From assembly GCA_015068285.1 (NCBI GenBank), contig SVKW01000001.1:134-64133 (forward strand): a DNA stretch of 64,000 nucleotides, written 5' to 3'. The translations under genes and the position numbers were made by a program. The DNA is from Oscillospiraceae bacterium (lineage in GTDB: Bacteria; Bacillota; Clostridia; Oscillospirales; Butyricicoccaceae). Below the pieces are notes generated by a model. That model saw only the letters and a list, made by a program, of their open reading frames with translations. It was not told the origin of the DNA and did not search any database. Positions 1 through 9,017 of the stretch are shown one piece after another (position 1 is the first letter of the stretch; each line of letters starts with the position of its first letter).

Positions 1-165
1 GACAACGAAATCCATCTTGCATTCCGCACAGACGATTTCGACGCTGCTTATGCAAAGCACAAGGAAATGGGCTGCATCTGCTTTGAAAATCCTAAGATGG
101 GCATTTACTTCATCAGCGACCCTGACGGCTACTGGCTCGAAGTTGTTCCTACAAGAAAGAAGTAA
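1..165 (+). CDS. VOC/glyoxalase-fold protein, C-terminal fragment (5' end outside window)
   Basis: Frame 1 is open from base 1 to TAA at 163-165. The translation ...GIYFISDPDGYWLEVVPTRKK resembles the C-terminus of glyoxalase I/VOC proteins. A hairpin terminator follows. Confidence 0.55.
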   Translation, partial: DNEIHLAFRTDDFDAAYAKHKEMGCICFENPKMGIYFISDPDGYWLEVVPTRKK

Positions 166-182
166 TTTTTATACATACAAAA

Positions 183-210
183 AGACCACCTTTGCGGGTG
201 GTCTTTTGAC
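183..210 (+). terminator. Rho-independent terminator
   Basis: Hairpin agaccacc-tttgcg-ggtggtct followed by TTTT. Confidence 0.6.
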
Positions 211-224
211 ATACAATATTAACT

Positions 225-719
225 ATGAACTTGCCAGTGAGAAAGCCTACAAGACTTAAATCATACGACTATTCCACTCCGGGAGCTTATTTTATAACGA
301 TTTGCGCAGCCGGAATGAAGAATTATTTCAGCAGAATAAATGTAGGGGAGGTGCTTGCCCCTCCCGAAAACATTCTTTCGGTTTATGGAAAAATTGTTGA
401 CAGGAATATAAAAGCTCTCCCCCAACGATATTCTCATATAACAGTGGACAAGTATGTTATAATGCCTAACCACATACATCTTATCCTGGTGTTAAAAACG
501 GGAGCAGCAAGCGGCTCCCCTACAATAATTGACGCAGTTCGTGCGTTAAAGTCATTGACTGTGCGTGAATGCAGGGAAAATGGTTTTACAGCCGAAAATC
601 TTTTTCAACGTTCATTCCACGACCATATAATCCGCAGTGAAAATGACTATAGAATGATATGGGAATATATTGATACCAATGTCATACGCTGGGAAAAGGA
701 CTGTTTTTATACTGAATAA
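225..719 (+). CDS. RAYT-like HUH/Y1 (IS200/IS605 TnpA-fold) transposase, apparently stand-alone
   Basis: 164-aa ORF with an HUH motif (VIMPNHIHLILV) and a C-terminal Tyr-containing helix (SENDYRMIWEYIDTNVIRW). No tnpB and no obvious IS ends. It is flanked only by ordinary terminators. Confidence 0.75.
   Translation: MNLPVRKPTRLKSYDYSTPGAYFITICAAGMKNYFSRINVGEVLAPPENILSVYGKIVDRNIKALPQRYSHITVDKYVIMPNHIHLILVLKTGAASGSPTIIDAVRALKSLTVRECRENGFTAENLFQRSFHDHIIRSENDYRMIWEYIDTNVIRWEKDCFYTE
499..524 (+). repeat. REP-like hairpin plus CTACA tail embedded in the RAYT-like CDS
   Basis: cgggagcagcaagcggctcccctaca (codons T92-T100, GAASGSPT) forms a 6-bp stem gggagc/gctccc. It is 26/26 identical to intergenic 49346-49371. 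Confidence 0.85.
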
Positions 720-725
720 CAAAAA

Positions 726-751
726 ATACCGCTCTTTCGAGCGGTATTTTT
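726..751. terminator. Bidirectional hairpin terminator between the RAYT-like gene and purL
   Basis: ataccgctc-tttc-gagcggtat with A-run and T-run flanks. Confidence 0.6.
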
Positions 752-762
752 ATGTTTACCTA

Positions 763-3700
763 TTATTTGTAGTAGTCTACAGCGCCCTTGAAGATGAGCT
801 GTTCCTGTGTATCAGGTACATTCTTATAGAGGTGGAGACCGTTACGTTCTGTGTGGCCCATCTTACCGAATACACGTCCGTCAGGAGATGTGATACCTTC
901 GATAGCCATTACAGAGTTGTTAGGATTGAACAGGATATCGCTTGTTGCGTTGCCGTTAAGGTCGACATACTGAGTTGCGATCTGGCCATTCTTGATGAGC
1001 TTCTTGAGCTCCTTCTCGTTTACGATGAAGCGGCCTTCACCGTGGGAGATAGCGATAGTATGGATGTCGCCGACATTAGTATGCATGAGCCATGGGGACT
1101 TGTTGGAAGCGATTCTTGTATGAACAAGGCGGGACTGATGTCTGCCGATTGTGTTGAATGTGAGTGTTGGGTTATTTTCGTTTGGCTCAACGATCTTGCC
1201 GTAAGGAACGAGACCGAGCTTTACGAGAGCCTGGAAGCCGTTGCAGATACCGCACATAAGACCGTCACGCTTACCCAAGAGAGCACGGATTTCCTTTGCA
1301 ACGCGTGGGTTTCTGAGGAGAGAAACGATGAACTTTGCAGAGCCGTCCGGTTCGTCACCGCCAGAGAAGCCGCCAGGAAGAGCCACGATATGGCTGTTCT
1401 TGATAGCTCTTGCAAGACGCTTTGCGCTTTCCTGAACTTCTTCAGGAGTTCTGTTTCTTACAACAAAGATCTCTGTCTTTGCACCGTACTTTTCAAATGC
1501 GCGGGCTGTATCGTATTCGCAGTTTGTGCCTGGGAATACAGGGATGAGAACGCTTGGCTGCGGAGCCTTGACAAGTGGAGAAAGAACCTTTTCAGCCTTG
1601 TAGGAAAGGTTTTCATAGATCTTGTTTTCTTCGCCGCCTGTTGTTGGGTATACAGGTTCAAGTGTTTCTGCCCAGAGCTTTTCAAGCTTTTCAATGGAAA
1701 GAATATTGCCGTGAACATAGATGTTGTAATCCTTAGTTGTCACACCGATCTTCTTGCCGAAGCGGAGAACGCCGTCTGTTTCAACTACGAATGCGCCGTA
1801 CTTCTTTTCAAAGAGCTCGTCCTGAGAAAGAGTATTTACAAGCTTTGCACCGATCTTGTTACCGAATGCCATCTTTGTGACAGCTTCTGCGATACCGCCT
1901 ACGCCGACTGCATAAGCAGAGAGGATGCGCTTATCTTCGATAGCCTTCTGCACATTCTTGAATGTCTTGACGAGGGATTCCTTATTGTAAAGGCCGTTTT
2001 CGTCCTTTTCAGGCTGGATAAGATAGAGGCTTGTGTCGTTTCTCTTGAATTCAGGAGAAATTACATTGTCAGCCTTAGTTGCGGAAGCAACGAAGGAGAT
2101 AAGTGTTGGCGGAACGTCGATGTCTTCGAAGGAGCCGGACATGGAGTCCTTACCGCCGATAGCGCCGAGACCGAGAGCGAGCTGAGCTTCAAAGCCGCCG
2201 AGGAGGGCTGCAAATGGCTTACCCCAACGCTTAGGGTCCTTACGGAGTCTTTCAAAGTATTCCTGGAAGGAGAGCCATGCATTCTTCATGTCGCCGCCTG
2301 CTGCGATCATCTTTGCAACGGAGGAAACAACTGCATAGTATGCGCCATAATATGGGCTCTGCTGTGCGAGGAATGGGTCATAGCCATAAGCCATGACGGA
2401 AGCTGTATTTGTATTGCCTTCACGGACAGGAATGAGGGCTGCCATAGCCTGAGCAGGTGTCATCTGGCGCTTGCCGCCGAATGGCATAAGCACTGTGCCT
2501 GCGCCGATAGTTGCGTCGAAGCGTTCAACAAGACCGCGCTGGGAAGCAACATTGAGGCTTGCCATCATATATTCCCATGCTTCGTCGAGTGGAGCATTTT
2601 CAACCTGCTGTGTGAGAGCGTCATTGAGGATTTCAACCTGAGCGTACTTTGTTGCGCCTGCGGAGTTGAGGAAGTCACGGGAGAGGTCAACGATCTTTTC
2701 ACCTTCGTGGAAGATTTCAAGACGGTTTGTATCTGTAACTTCTGCAACAACAACTGCAGAGAGGTTTTCCTTGTTTGCTTCCTTTACGAATCTTTCAGCG
2801 TCCTTAGCTGCTACAACAACAGCCATTCTTTCCTGAGATTCGGAGATAGCAAGTTCTGTGCCTGTGAGACCGTCGTACTTCTTTGGTACTACGTCGAGGT
2901 TAATCTTTAAGGAGTCAGCAAGCTCGCCGATAGCAACGGAAACACCGCCTGCGCCGAAGTCGTTGCAGCGCTTGATCATGCGTGTAACCTTGCCGTTGCG
3001 GAAGAGACGCTGGATCTTTCTTTCTTCAGGTGGATTACCCTTCTGAACTTCTGCGCCGCAGGATTCGAGAGATGTAACGTCGTGAGCCTTGGAGGAGCCG
3101 GAAGCACCGCCAACGCCGTCACGGCCTGTTGCGCCACCGAGGAGGATGACTACGTCGCCGCATTCAGGGCTCTTGCGGATAACATTCTTGGCTGGAGCAG
3201 CACCGATAACAGCGCCGACTTCCATACGCTTTGCTACGAAGCCATCGTGGTAAACTTCAGCAACATGGCCTGTTGCAAGACCAATCTGGTTGCCGTAGGA
3301 GCTGTAACCTGCAGCAGCTGTCTGGCAGATCTTGCTCTGTGGGAGCTTACCCTTGAGAGTGTCAGCTACAGGTGTGAGAGGATTGCCTGCACCTGTGAGA
3401 CGCATTGCCTGATATACATAGCTTCTGCCGGAGAGCGGGTCACGGATAGCGCCGCCGAGGCATGTTGCTGCGCCGCCGAATGGTTCGATTTCTGTTGGGT
3501 GGTTATGTGTTTCGTTCTTGAACATCATGAGCCACTTCTGCTTCTTGCCGTCTACATCAACGTTGATCTTTACGGAGCAAGCATTGATTTCTTCAGATTC
3601 GTCGAGGTTCTTCATGATGCCTGTTCTCTTGAGGTACTTTGCGCCCAGTGTTGCAAGGTCCATAAGAGTACATGGACGGTTCTTGTTAGGATAGAGCTGT

Positions 3701-4458
3701 TCCTTGATTTCGAGGTACTTATCATAGGAAGCCTTTACTGCTGCGTGCTCGATCTTGATTTCGTCGATCTGTGTCATAAATGTTGTATGACGGCAGTGGT
3801 CGGACCAATAAGTGTCGATCATCTTAAGCTCTGTAAGGCTTGGGTCACGCTTTTCTTCATTCTTGAAGTAGCTCTGGCAGAATGCTACGTCGTCTGTATC
3901 CATAGCAAGACCGTATTCCTTAATGAAGCCAGCGAACTTGTCCTCTGTCATATTGATAAAGCCTTCAATATATGGAGTCTTTTCAGGAACAGGCTGGATG
4001 TTTTCAAGTGTTTCAAACTTTTCAAGGGATGCTTCTCTCATTTCAACAGGGTTGATAATGTGAGCCTTGATGCGTGCAACTTCCTGTTCGGAAAGCTTAC
4101 CGTTAAGAACGATAACCTTTGCACAGCGGCAGATTGGACGAACGCCGCCTGTTACGAACTGGATACACTGCTGAGCGGAGTCTGCGCGCTGGTCAAACTG
4201 GCCAGGGAGGAACTCGATGCCGAAGATGATGCCTTCGTCGTTTACTTCGAAGCATACATCGTCGACCTGTGGCTCGGAGAAGACACTCTTGATTGTCTTC
4301 TGGAATGTTTCTTCGTCGATGCCTTCGACGTCATATCTGTTGTAGATTTTGATATCCTCAAGGTTTACGATACCGAGATTCTTTCTGATATCGTTAAGCA
4401 TTGAGCGCTCTTCATTGGCAAACTCAGCCTTTTTGGATACATAAACTCTAAATACCAT
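763..4458 (-). CDS. purL: Phosphoribosylformylglycinamidine (FGAM) synthase, single-chain form
   Basis: 1231-aa ORF with PurM-like repeats and a C-terminal class I glutamine amidotransferase (GICNGFQALVKLG ... SHGEGRF). Last gene of the pur operon. Confidence 0.95.
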   Translation of the reverse strand: MVFRVYVSKKAEFANEERSMLNDIRKNLGIVNLEDIKIYNRYDVEGIDEETFQKTIKSVFSEPQVDDVCFEVNDEGIIFGIEFLPGQFDQRADSAQQCIQFVTGGVRPICRCAKVIVLNGKLSEQEVARIKAHIINPVEMREASLEKFETLENIQPVPEKTPYIEGFINMTEDKFAGFIKEYGLAMDTDDVAFCQSYFKNEEKRDPSLTELKMIDTYWSDHCRHTTFMTQIDEIKIEHAAVKASYDKYLEIKEQLYPNKNRPCTLMDLATLGAKYLKRTGIMKNLDESEEINACSVKINVDVDGKKQKWLMMFKNETHNHPTEIEPFGGAATCLGGAIRDPLSGRSYVYQAMRLTGAGNPLTPVADTLKGKLPQSKICQTAAAGYSSYGNQIGLATGHVAEVYHDGFVAKRMEVGAVIGAAPAKNVIRKSPECGDVVILLGGATGRDGVGGASGSSKAHDVTSLESCGAEVQKGNPPEERKIQRLFRNGKVTRMIKRCNDFGAGGVSVAIGELADSLKINLDVVPKKYDGLTGTELAISESQERMAVVVAAKDAERFVKEANKENLSAVVVAEVTDTNRLEIFHEGEKIVDLSRDFLNSAGATKYAQVEILNDALTQQVENAPLDEAWEYMMASLNVASQRGLVERFDATIGAGTVLMPFGGKRQMTPAQAMAALIPVREGNTNTASVMAYGYDPFLAQQSPYYGAYYAVVSSVAKMIAAGGDMKNAWLSFQEYFERLRKDPKRWGKPFAALLGGFEAQLALGLGAIGGKDSMSGSFEDIDVPPTLISFVASATKADNVISPEFKRNDTSLYLIQPEKDENGLYNKESLVKTFKNVQKAIEDKRILSAYAVGVGGIAEAVTKMAFGNKIGAKLVNTLSQDELFEKKYGAFVVETDGVLRFGKKIGVTTKDYNIYVHGNILSIEKLEKLWAETLEPVYPTTGGEENKIYENLSYKAEKVLSPLVKAPQPSVLIPVFPGTNCEYDTARAFEKYGAKTEIFVVRNRTPEEVQESAKRLARAIKNSHIVALPGGFSGGDEPDGSAKFIVSLLRNPRVAKEIRALLGKRDGLMCGICNGFQALVKLGLVPYGKIVEPNENNPTLTFNTIGRHQSRLVHTRIASNKSPWLMHTNVGDIHTIAISHGEGRFIVNEKELKKLIKNGQIATQYVDLNGNATSDILFNPNNSVMAIEGITSPDGRVFGKMGHTERNGLHLYKNVPDTQEQLIFKGAVDYYK

Positions 4459-5716
4459 CTCTTTTTCCCCCTATATCCTTTCTATAGAAGCTTTTTTCAA
4501 AGGAAATTTTATCTATATTTTTATATACATGGTCCTGAGCAGACTGTAAATCTTCACCGATATATGTGAGACCGAGCACTCTGCCGCCGTTTGTATAATA
4601 CTTGCCGTCCTTCATTGTTGTGCCGCTGTGGAACACATAGAAGTCTTCGCACTGGCCCTTTTCATCGAGACCTTCAATAAGCTTATTCTTTTCATAGCTG
4701 CCAGGATAGCCGCCCGAAACCATCATAACGCATACGCAGGCGCCATCCTTTGTTTCGATTTCAACATCAGCCAGCTTTTCGTCGATGATAGCGTCCATGA
4801 TTGTGAGCAGATCTGTCTTGAGAAGGGACAGGCAGACCTGAGCTTCAGGGTCGCCGAAACGGCAGTTGTATTCGATGACCTTAGGACCTTCTTCTGTAAT
4901 GATAAGACCGAAGTAAAGCACGCCCTTGAATGTTCTGCCTTCCTTGTTCATGGCTTCCATTGTTGGAATCATGATTTCGCGGACTGCTCTTTCTTCAACT
5001 TCCTTTGTGTAAACAGGGTTTGGAGCGATAACGCCCATACCGCCTGTGTTGAGACCCTTGTCGCCGTCTAAAGCTCTCTTGTGGTCCTTTGCGGAAGTAA
5101 GAGGCTTAATGCACTTGCCGTCTGTGAAAGCGAGGACGGAAACCTCTGTGCCTGTCAGGAACTCTTCGACAACGATTTTGGAGCTGCTTGCGCCAAACAT
5201 ACCGTTATCGATCATTTCATGGATAGCAGACTTTGCTTCTTCAAGGTTTTCAGCGATGATAACGCCCTTGCCGAGAGCAAGACCGGAAGCCTTGATTACG
5301 ACAGGGAACTTGTTCATCTTTTCAACATATTCAATGGCTTTTGCGCTTTCTGTGAAGATTTCGTAAGCGGCTGTAGGAATGCCGTACTTCTTCATAAGAT
5401 CCTTGGCGAAAGCCTTGGAGCCTTCGATGATAGCCGCGTCCTTCTTAGGACCGAAAGCGCGGATACCTGCTTCTTCCATAGCGTCGACCATGCCGAGCAC
5501 CAATGGATCGTCTGGGGAAACTACGCAAAGGTCGATATTTTCCTTCTTGCAGAAATCGACCATGCCTTCTATATCTGTGGCTTTGATCGGCACATTTGTT
5601 GCGAGCGCTCCGATACCGCCGTTGCCAGGAGCGCAGAAGATTTCTCTGCCTTCGCCTGTAAGGCTTTTAATCGTAGCGTGCTCTCTGCCGCCGCCACCTA
5701 CTACCAAAATTTTCAT
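4448..5716 (-). CDS. purD: Phosphoribosylamine-glycine ligase
   Basis: MKILVVGGGGREHA... ATP-grasp GARS. The start was moved to the ATG at 5714-5716, which is preceded by GGAGG. Overlaps the purL start by 11 nt. Confidence 0.95.
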   Translation of the reverse strand: MKILVVGGGGREHATIKSLTGEGREIFCAPGNGGIGALATNVPIKATDIEGMVDFCKKENIDLCVVSPDDPLVLGMVDAMEEAGIRAFGPKKDAAIIEGSKAFAKDLMKKYGIPTAAYEIFTESAKAIEYVEKMNKFPVVIKASGLALGKGVIIAENLEEAKSAIHEMIDNGMFGASSSKIVVEEFLTGTEVSVLAFTDGKCIKPLTSAKDHKRALDGDKGLNTGGMGVIAPNPVYTKEVEERAVREIMIPTMEAMNKEGRTFKGVLYFGLIITEEGPKVIEYNCRFGDPEAQVCLSLLKTDLLTIMDAIIDEKLADVEIETKDGACVCVMMVSGGYPGSYEKNKLIEGLDEKGQCEDFYVFHSGTTMKDGKYYTNGGRVLGLTYIGEDLQSAQDHVYKNIDKISFEKSFYRKDIGGKRDGI

Positions 5717-5745
5717 TATTCCTCCGGAATGAGTGTGTTGTTCTC

Positions 5746-6291
5746 TCATATTTTTCTGATGTTCTGTCTTAAGCTCTGTATCATAAATGTAAATGACAGG
5801 CTGAAAAAGACCTCAAGCAGGCTTGTCACCATACCGATTTCTGTGAAAAACACGGCTGAAAGGGCGATATTCGCCCAGTTCCAGTAAAAATACCTGCGGT
5901 ATTTTGCCCTGTTTCCCTTCCGAAGCCTTATTATAATATGTGTCACGCACAAGTCAGCCATGACTGCCGCCATAAAGCAGCAGGCTGTGTGCAGCCACGC
6001 CATATTGGGCCATTTTTCAGGGAAATAGGGAAGGATTATCCCCGATATCAGCAGGAGTACTGCCGATATCAGGGTGAGTTTTTCAAATACAGTACCGATT
6101 GTGTGTTTTATTATGCTACCCAGGGAAACGCTTATGAAGCCTGCGAAAACCGTTCCCCATACAAGGAACAATTCACGCCGCCCCAATGCGTTGCCCAGCA
6201 CTGTGAAGTTGAGCTCTGTCATGCCGCTGCCCATTACAAAAAACAGAGTAAGGGCGGGAATTATCCCGTAGGCAAAAAGACAGGACAGCAT
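5746..6291 (-). CDS. Hypothetical multi-pass membrane protein embedded in the pur operon
   Basis: 181-aa ORF with several hydrophobic segments, tightly packed between purH and purD. No recognisable family. Confidence 0.55.
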   Translation of the reverse strand: MLSCLFAYGIIPALTLFFVMGSGMTELNFTVLGNALGRRELFLVWGTVFAGFISVSLGSIIKHTIGTVFEKLTLISAVLLLISGIILPYFPEKWPNMAWLHTACCFMAAVMADLCVTHIIIRLRKGNRAKYRRYFYWNWANIALSAVFFTEIGMVTSLLEVFFSLSFTFMIQSLRQNIRKI

Positions 6292-6297
6292 TTTATA

Positions 6298-7473
6298 TTA
6301 GTGGTGGAAAAGTCTGATGCCTGTGAAGGCCATTACCATATTGTACTTGTTGCAGACTTCGATAACATTGTCATCTCTTACAGAGCCGCCTGGTTCAGCA
6401 ATATACTGAACGCCTGTCTTGTATGCTCTTTCGATATTGTCGCCGAATGGGAAGAATGCATCGGAACCGAGGGAAACGCCCTTGAGAGTAGAAAGCCATG
6501 CCTTCTTTTCTTCCATTGTGAATACTTCCGGCTTTTCTTCAAAGAGATTCTGCCATGTGCCTTCACGGAGAACGTCATCGTGTTCTTCAGAGATGTAAAC
6601 ATCGATTGTGTTGTCTCTGTCAGCGCGGCCAAGGCCCTTCTTGAACTTGAGGTTAAGAACCTTTTCGTGCTGGCGGAGATACCAGTTGTCTGCCTTCTGG
6701 CCTGCAAGACGTGTGCAGTGGATTCTCGACTGCTGACCTGCGCCGATACCGATTGCCTGACCATCCTTTACATAGCATACAGAGTTGGACTGTGTATACT
6801 TGAGAGTGATGAGAGCAACAGCAAGGTCACGCTTTGCGTTGTCTGGAAGGTCCTTGTTTTCTGTTACGATATTATTGAAGAAATCCTTGTCGATCTTGAG
6901 CTCGTTTCTGCCCTGTTCGAATGTTACGCCGAAAACGTCCTTTGTTTCGATTGGAGCAGGAACATAGTTTGTATCGATCTTGATTACGTTGTAGCCGCCC
7001 TTCTTCTTTTCCTTGAGAATCTGGAGAGCTTCTTCTGTGAAGTCAGGAGCGATAACGCCGTCAGAAACTTCACGCTTGATGATGCGTGCTGTGCAAGCGT
7101 CGCAAGTATCGGAAAGAGCGATGAAATCGCCGAAAGAGGACATTCTGTCTGCGCCTCTTGCTCTTACATAAGCAGTAGCGATTGGTGTGAGCTCTTCGTT
7201 TGTTGGTGCAAAGTAGATCTGCTTTTCAACATCGTTGAGAGGAACTGCAACGGCTGCGCCTGCAGGAGAAACGTGCTTGAAGGATGTTGCAGCAGGAAGA
7301 CCTGTTGCGATCTTGAGTTCACGGACAAGCTGCCATGCGTTGAATGCATCGAGGAGGTTGATATAACCAGGTCTGCCGTTTAATACTGTGATTGGAAGTT
7401 CGCCTTCCTTCATAAAGATGCGGGATGGCTTCTGGTTAGGGTTACAACCATATTTAAGTTCAAGTTCTGTCAT
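6298..7473 (-). CDS. purH: AICAR formyltransferase (PurH formyltransferase domain only)
   Basis: 391 aa, MTELELKYGCNPNQ...KHVSPAGAAV... It matches the AICARFT half of PurH and lacks the MGS-like IMP cyclohydrolase domain. Confidence 0.9.
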   Translation of the reverse strand: MTELELKYGCNPNQKPSRIFMKEGELPITVLNGRPGYINLLDAFNAWQLVRELKIATGLPAATSFKHVSPAGAAVAVPLNDVEKQIYFAPTNEELTPIATAYVRARGADRMSSFGDFIALSDTCDACTARIIKREVSDGVIAPDFTEEALQILKEKKKGGYNVIKIDTNYVPAPIETKDVFGVTFEQGRNELKIDKDFFNNIVTENKDLPDNAKRDLAVALITLKYTQSNSVCYVKDGQAIGIGAGQQSRIHCTRLAGQKADNWYLRQHEKVLNLKFKKGLGRADRDNTIDVYISEEHDDVLREGTWQNLFEEKPEVFTMEEKKAWLSTLKGVSLGSDAFFPFGDNIERAYKTGVQYIAEPGGSVRDDNVIEVCNKYNMVMAFTGIRLFHH

Positions 7474-7488
7474 TTTTCTAACTCCCGA

Positions 7489-8193
7489 TTACTTATTTTT
7501 ATTGATGATTGTTGTCTTTTCGCTGCCGTCCTTGAGGGAGATATAGCGTACGAAAAGGGAAACCTTGTTGTCTTCGTTAAGGCTGTTCCACAGCATATTT
7601 GTAAAGCCTTCCATATCATCATTTACAGCAACCTTGCGTGGTTCGCCGACAAATGTTGGGATTGGGTTGCCGTCCTGCTCATAAGTGTGGATGATTCTGC
7701 CTTCACCATTGACCGGTGCCATATATTCATAGAAATATCTGAGGCACTGAGCGTCATTGCCTTCGTCGCTCTTGAGAATGCTCATCTTGAATGCGCCTGT
7801 CTTGTTGTCGACAACTGCGGAGATACGAGGTGTCCAGTTTGGTGGGTCCGGCTCGAATTCACGAGTGCGGAGAGCTTCTTCAAAGCTCTTGCCTTCCTTC
7901 ATGAAATCATAAACTGTATCTGTCTGGTCGCCGTTTGTAACGATTGTATGACCGTTGATTACGCGGACAGGGGCATAGATAACGAGGCTTGGGTCAGAAA
8001 GCTTGCTTTCATCAAATGCCTTTGTGCGGATGCCTTCTTCAAATGGAACGAAAACGCGGTTGCGGGAGTTTACGCTTCTGCCCATGATGAAGTAAGCGAG
8101 AACAATGTTTTCTTCTGTCTTGCCGACGAGAACACCGCGTCCCGGATATGTGTTATTCTTGAGATAATTTTCAAGGTTAATCATTTTTATCAT
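7489..8193 (-). CDS. IMP cyclohydrolase, PurO (archaeal-like) type
   Basis: 234 aa with NTYPGRGVLVG...FIMGRSVNSRNR, characteristic of the IMP_cyclohyd family. It supplies the function missing from the short PurH. Confidence 0.85.
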   Translation of the reverse strand: MIKMINLENYLKNNTYPGRGVLVGKTEENIVLAYFIMGRSVNSRNRVFVPFEEGIRTKAFDESKLSDPSLVIYAPVRVINGHTIVTNGDQTDTVYDFMKEGKSFEEALRTREFEPDPPNWTPRISAVVDNKTGAFKMSILKSDEGNDAQCLRYFYEYMAPVNGEGRIIHTYEQDGNPIPTFVGEPRKVAVNDDMEGFTNMLWNSLNEDNKVSLFVRYISLKDGSEKTTIINKNK

Positions 8194-8230
8194 TTCCTCT
8201 CTTGTTTTTTGTGGATCAATAAAGTTTCAT

Positions 8231-8423
8231 GCTGGGGCATTAAGGTGCCTGCGGCGCTATTTAATAAAACGCCCGTCGGGCTACACCTCATCCGTCAGCC
8301 TTACGGCTGCCACCTTCCCAAATGGGGTCCCCGGGCGGCCTGCCGTCTGGGGTATGAATCAAGGGGAAGGCTCTATCCCTCCGCCAATCTTTGATTGACA
8401 CCTCCCCTTACACAGGGGAGGCT
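8231..8423. repeat. REP/BIME-like hairpin mosaic inside the pur operon
   Basis: Modules: cattaaggtgcctgcggcgc, acacctcatcc+gtcagccttacggctg, ccttccc...ggggtccccgggcggcctgccgtctgggg...aggggaagg, and cctcccc-ttacaca-ggggagg. A near-copy of the composite lies at 20901-21046. Confidence 0.85.
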
Positions 8424-8429
8424 TGACCT

Positions 8430-9017
8430 TTACTGATTTGCAAGCTTATTGATGACTTCAGGGAGAATAATCCATTCTGCCTCTGTCATAACGCGCTTCT
8501 GGAGCACTTCAGGAGTGTCACCGTCTTCTACATACACAGCCTTCTGTGCCAATATTTCGCCGCCATCCACGATTTCATCGACATAGTGGACGGTTGCGCC
8601 TGTAACTTTTACACCCTTTTTGAGAGCTTCCTCATGGACTTTAAGACCGTAATAGCCTTCGCCGCAGAAGGATGGGATGAGTGAAGGGTGGATATTTATG
8701 ATTTTCTTTTCAAACGCTCTGATGAACTTTGGAGAAAGTACGCTGAGGAAGCCTGCAAGGACGACAAGACCGCAGCCTTCGGCATTGATAGCGTCTATCA
8801 TCGCCTGTTCAGCATCTTCCTTTGAAGCAAAGTCCTTCTTGCGGATAACGGCAGTTTTGATGCCGTGATTTTTAGCGCGTTCAAGAGCGTAAGCAGATGT
8901 TTTGTTTGCAATAACGAGGGCAACCTCGGCATTTTTGATCTTGCCCGAATCAATGGCATCTAAAATTGCCTGAAGGTTTGTGCCGCCGCCCGAAACGAGA
9001 ACAGCAAGTTTTAGCAT
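8430..9017 (-). CDS. purN: Phosphoribosylglycinamide formyltransferase
   Basis: MLKLAVLVSGGGTNLQAI... with the HPSLIP motif. Overlaps the purM end. Confidence 0.95.
   Translation of the reverse strand: MLKLAVLVSGGGTNLQAILDAIDSGKIKNAEVALVIANKTSAYALERAKNHGIKTAVIRKKDFASKEDAEQAMIDAINAEGCGLVVLAGFLSVLSPKFIRAFEKKIINIHPSLIPSFCGEGYYGLKVHEEALKKGVKVTGATVHYVDEIVDGGEILAQKAVYVEDGDTPEVLQKRVMTEAEWIILPEVINKLANQ

Noticed and set aside
670-4404. Long plus-strand ORFs (670-2910, 746 aa; 3082-4404, 440 aa) overlapping purL.
   Set aside because: They lie antisense to an unmistakable FGAM synthase gene. They are Cys/Val/Phe-rich and low in complexity, with no RBS and no recognisable domains. This is the typical shadow-frame artefact of a moderately GC-rich, codon-biased gene.
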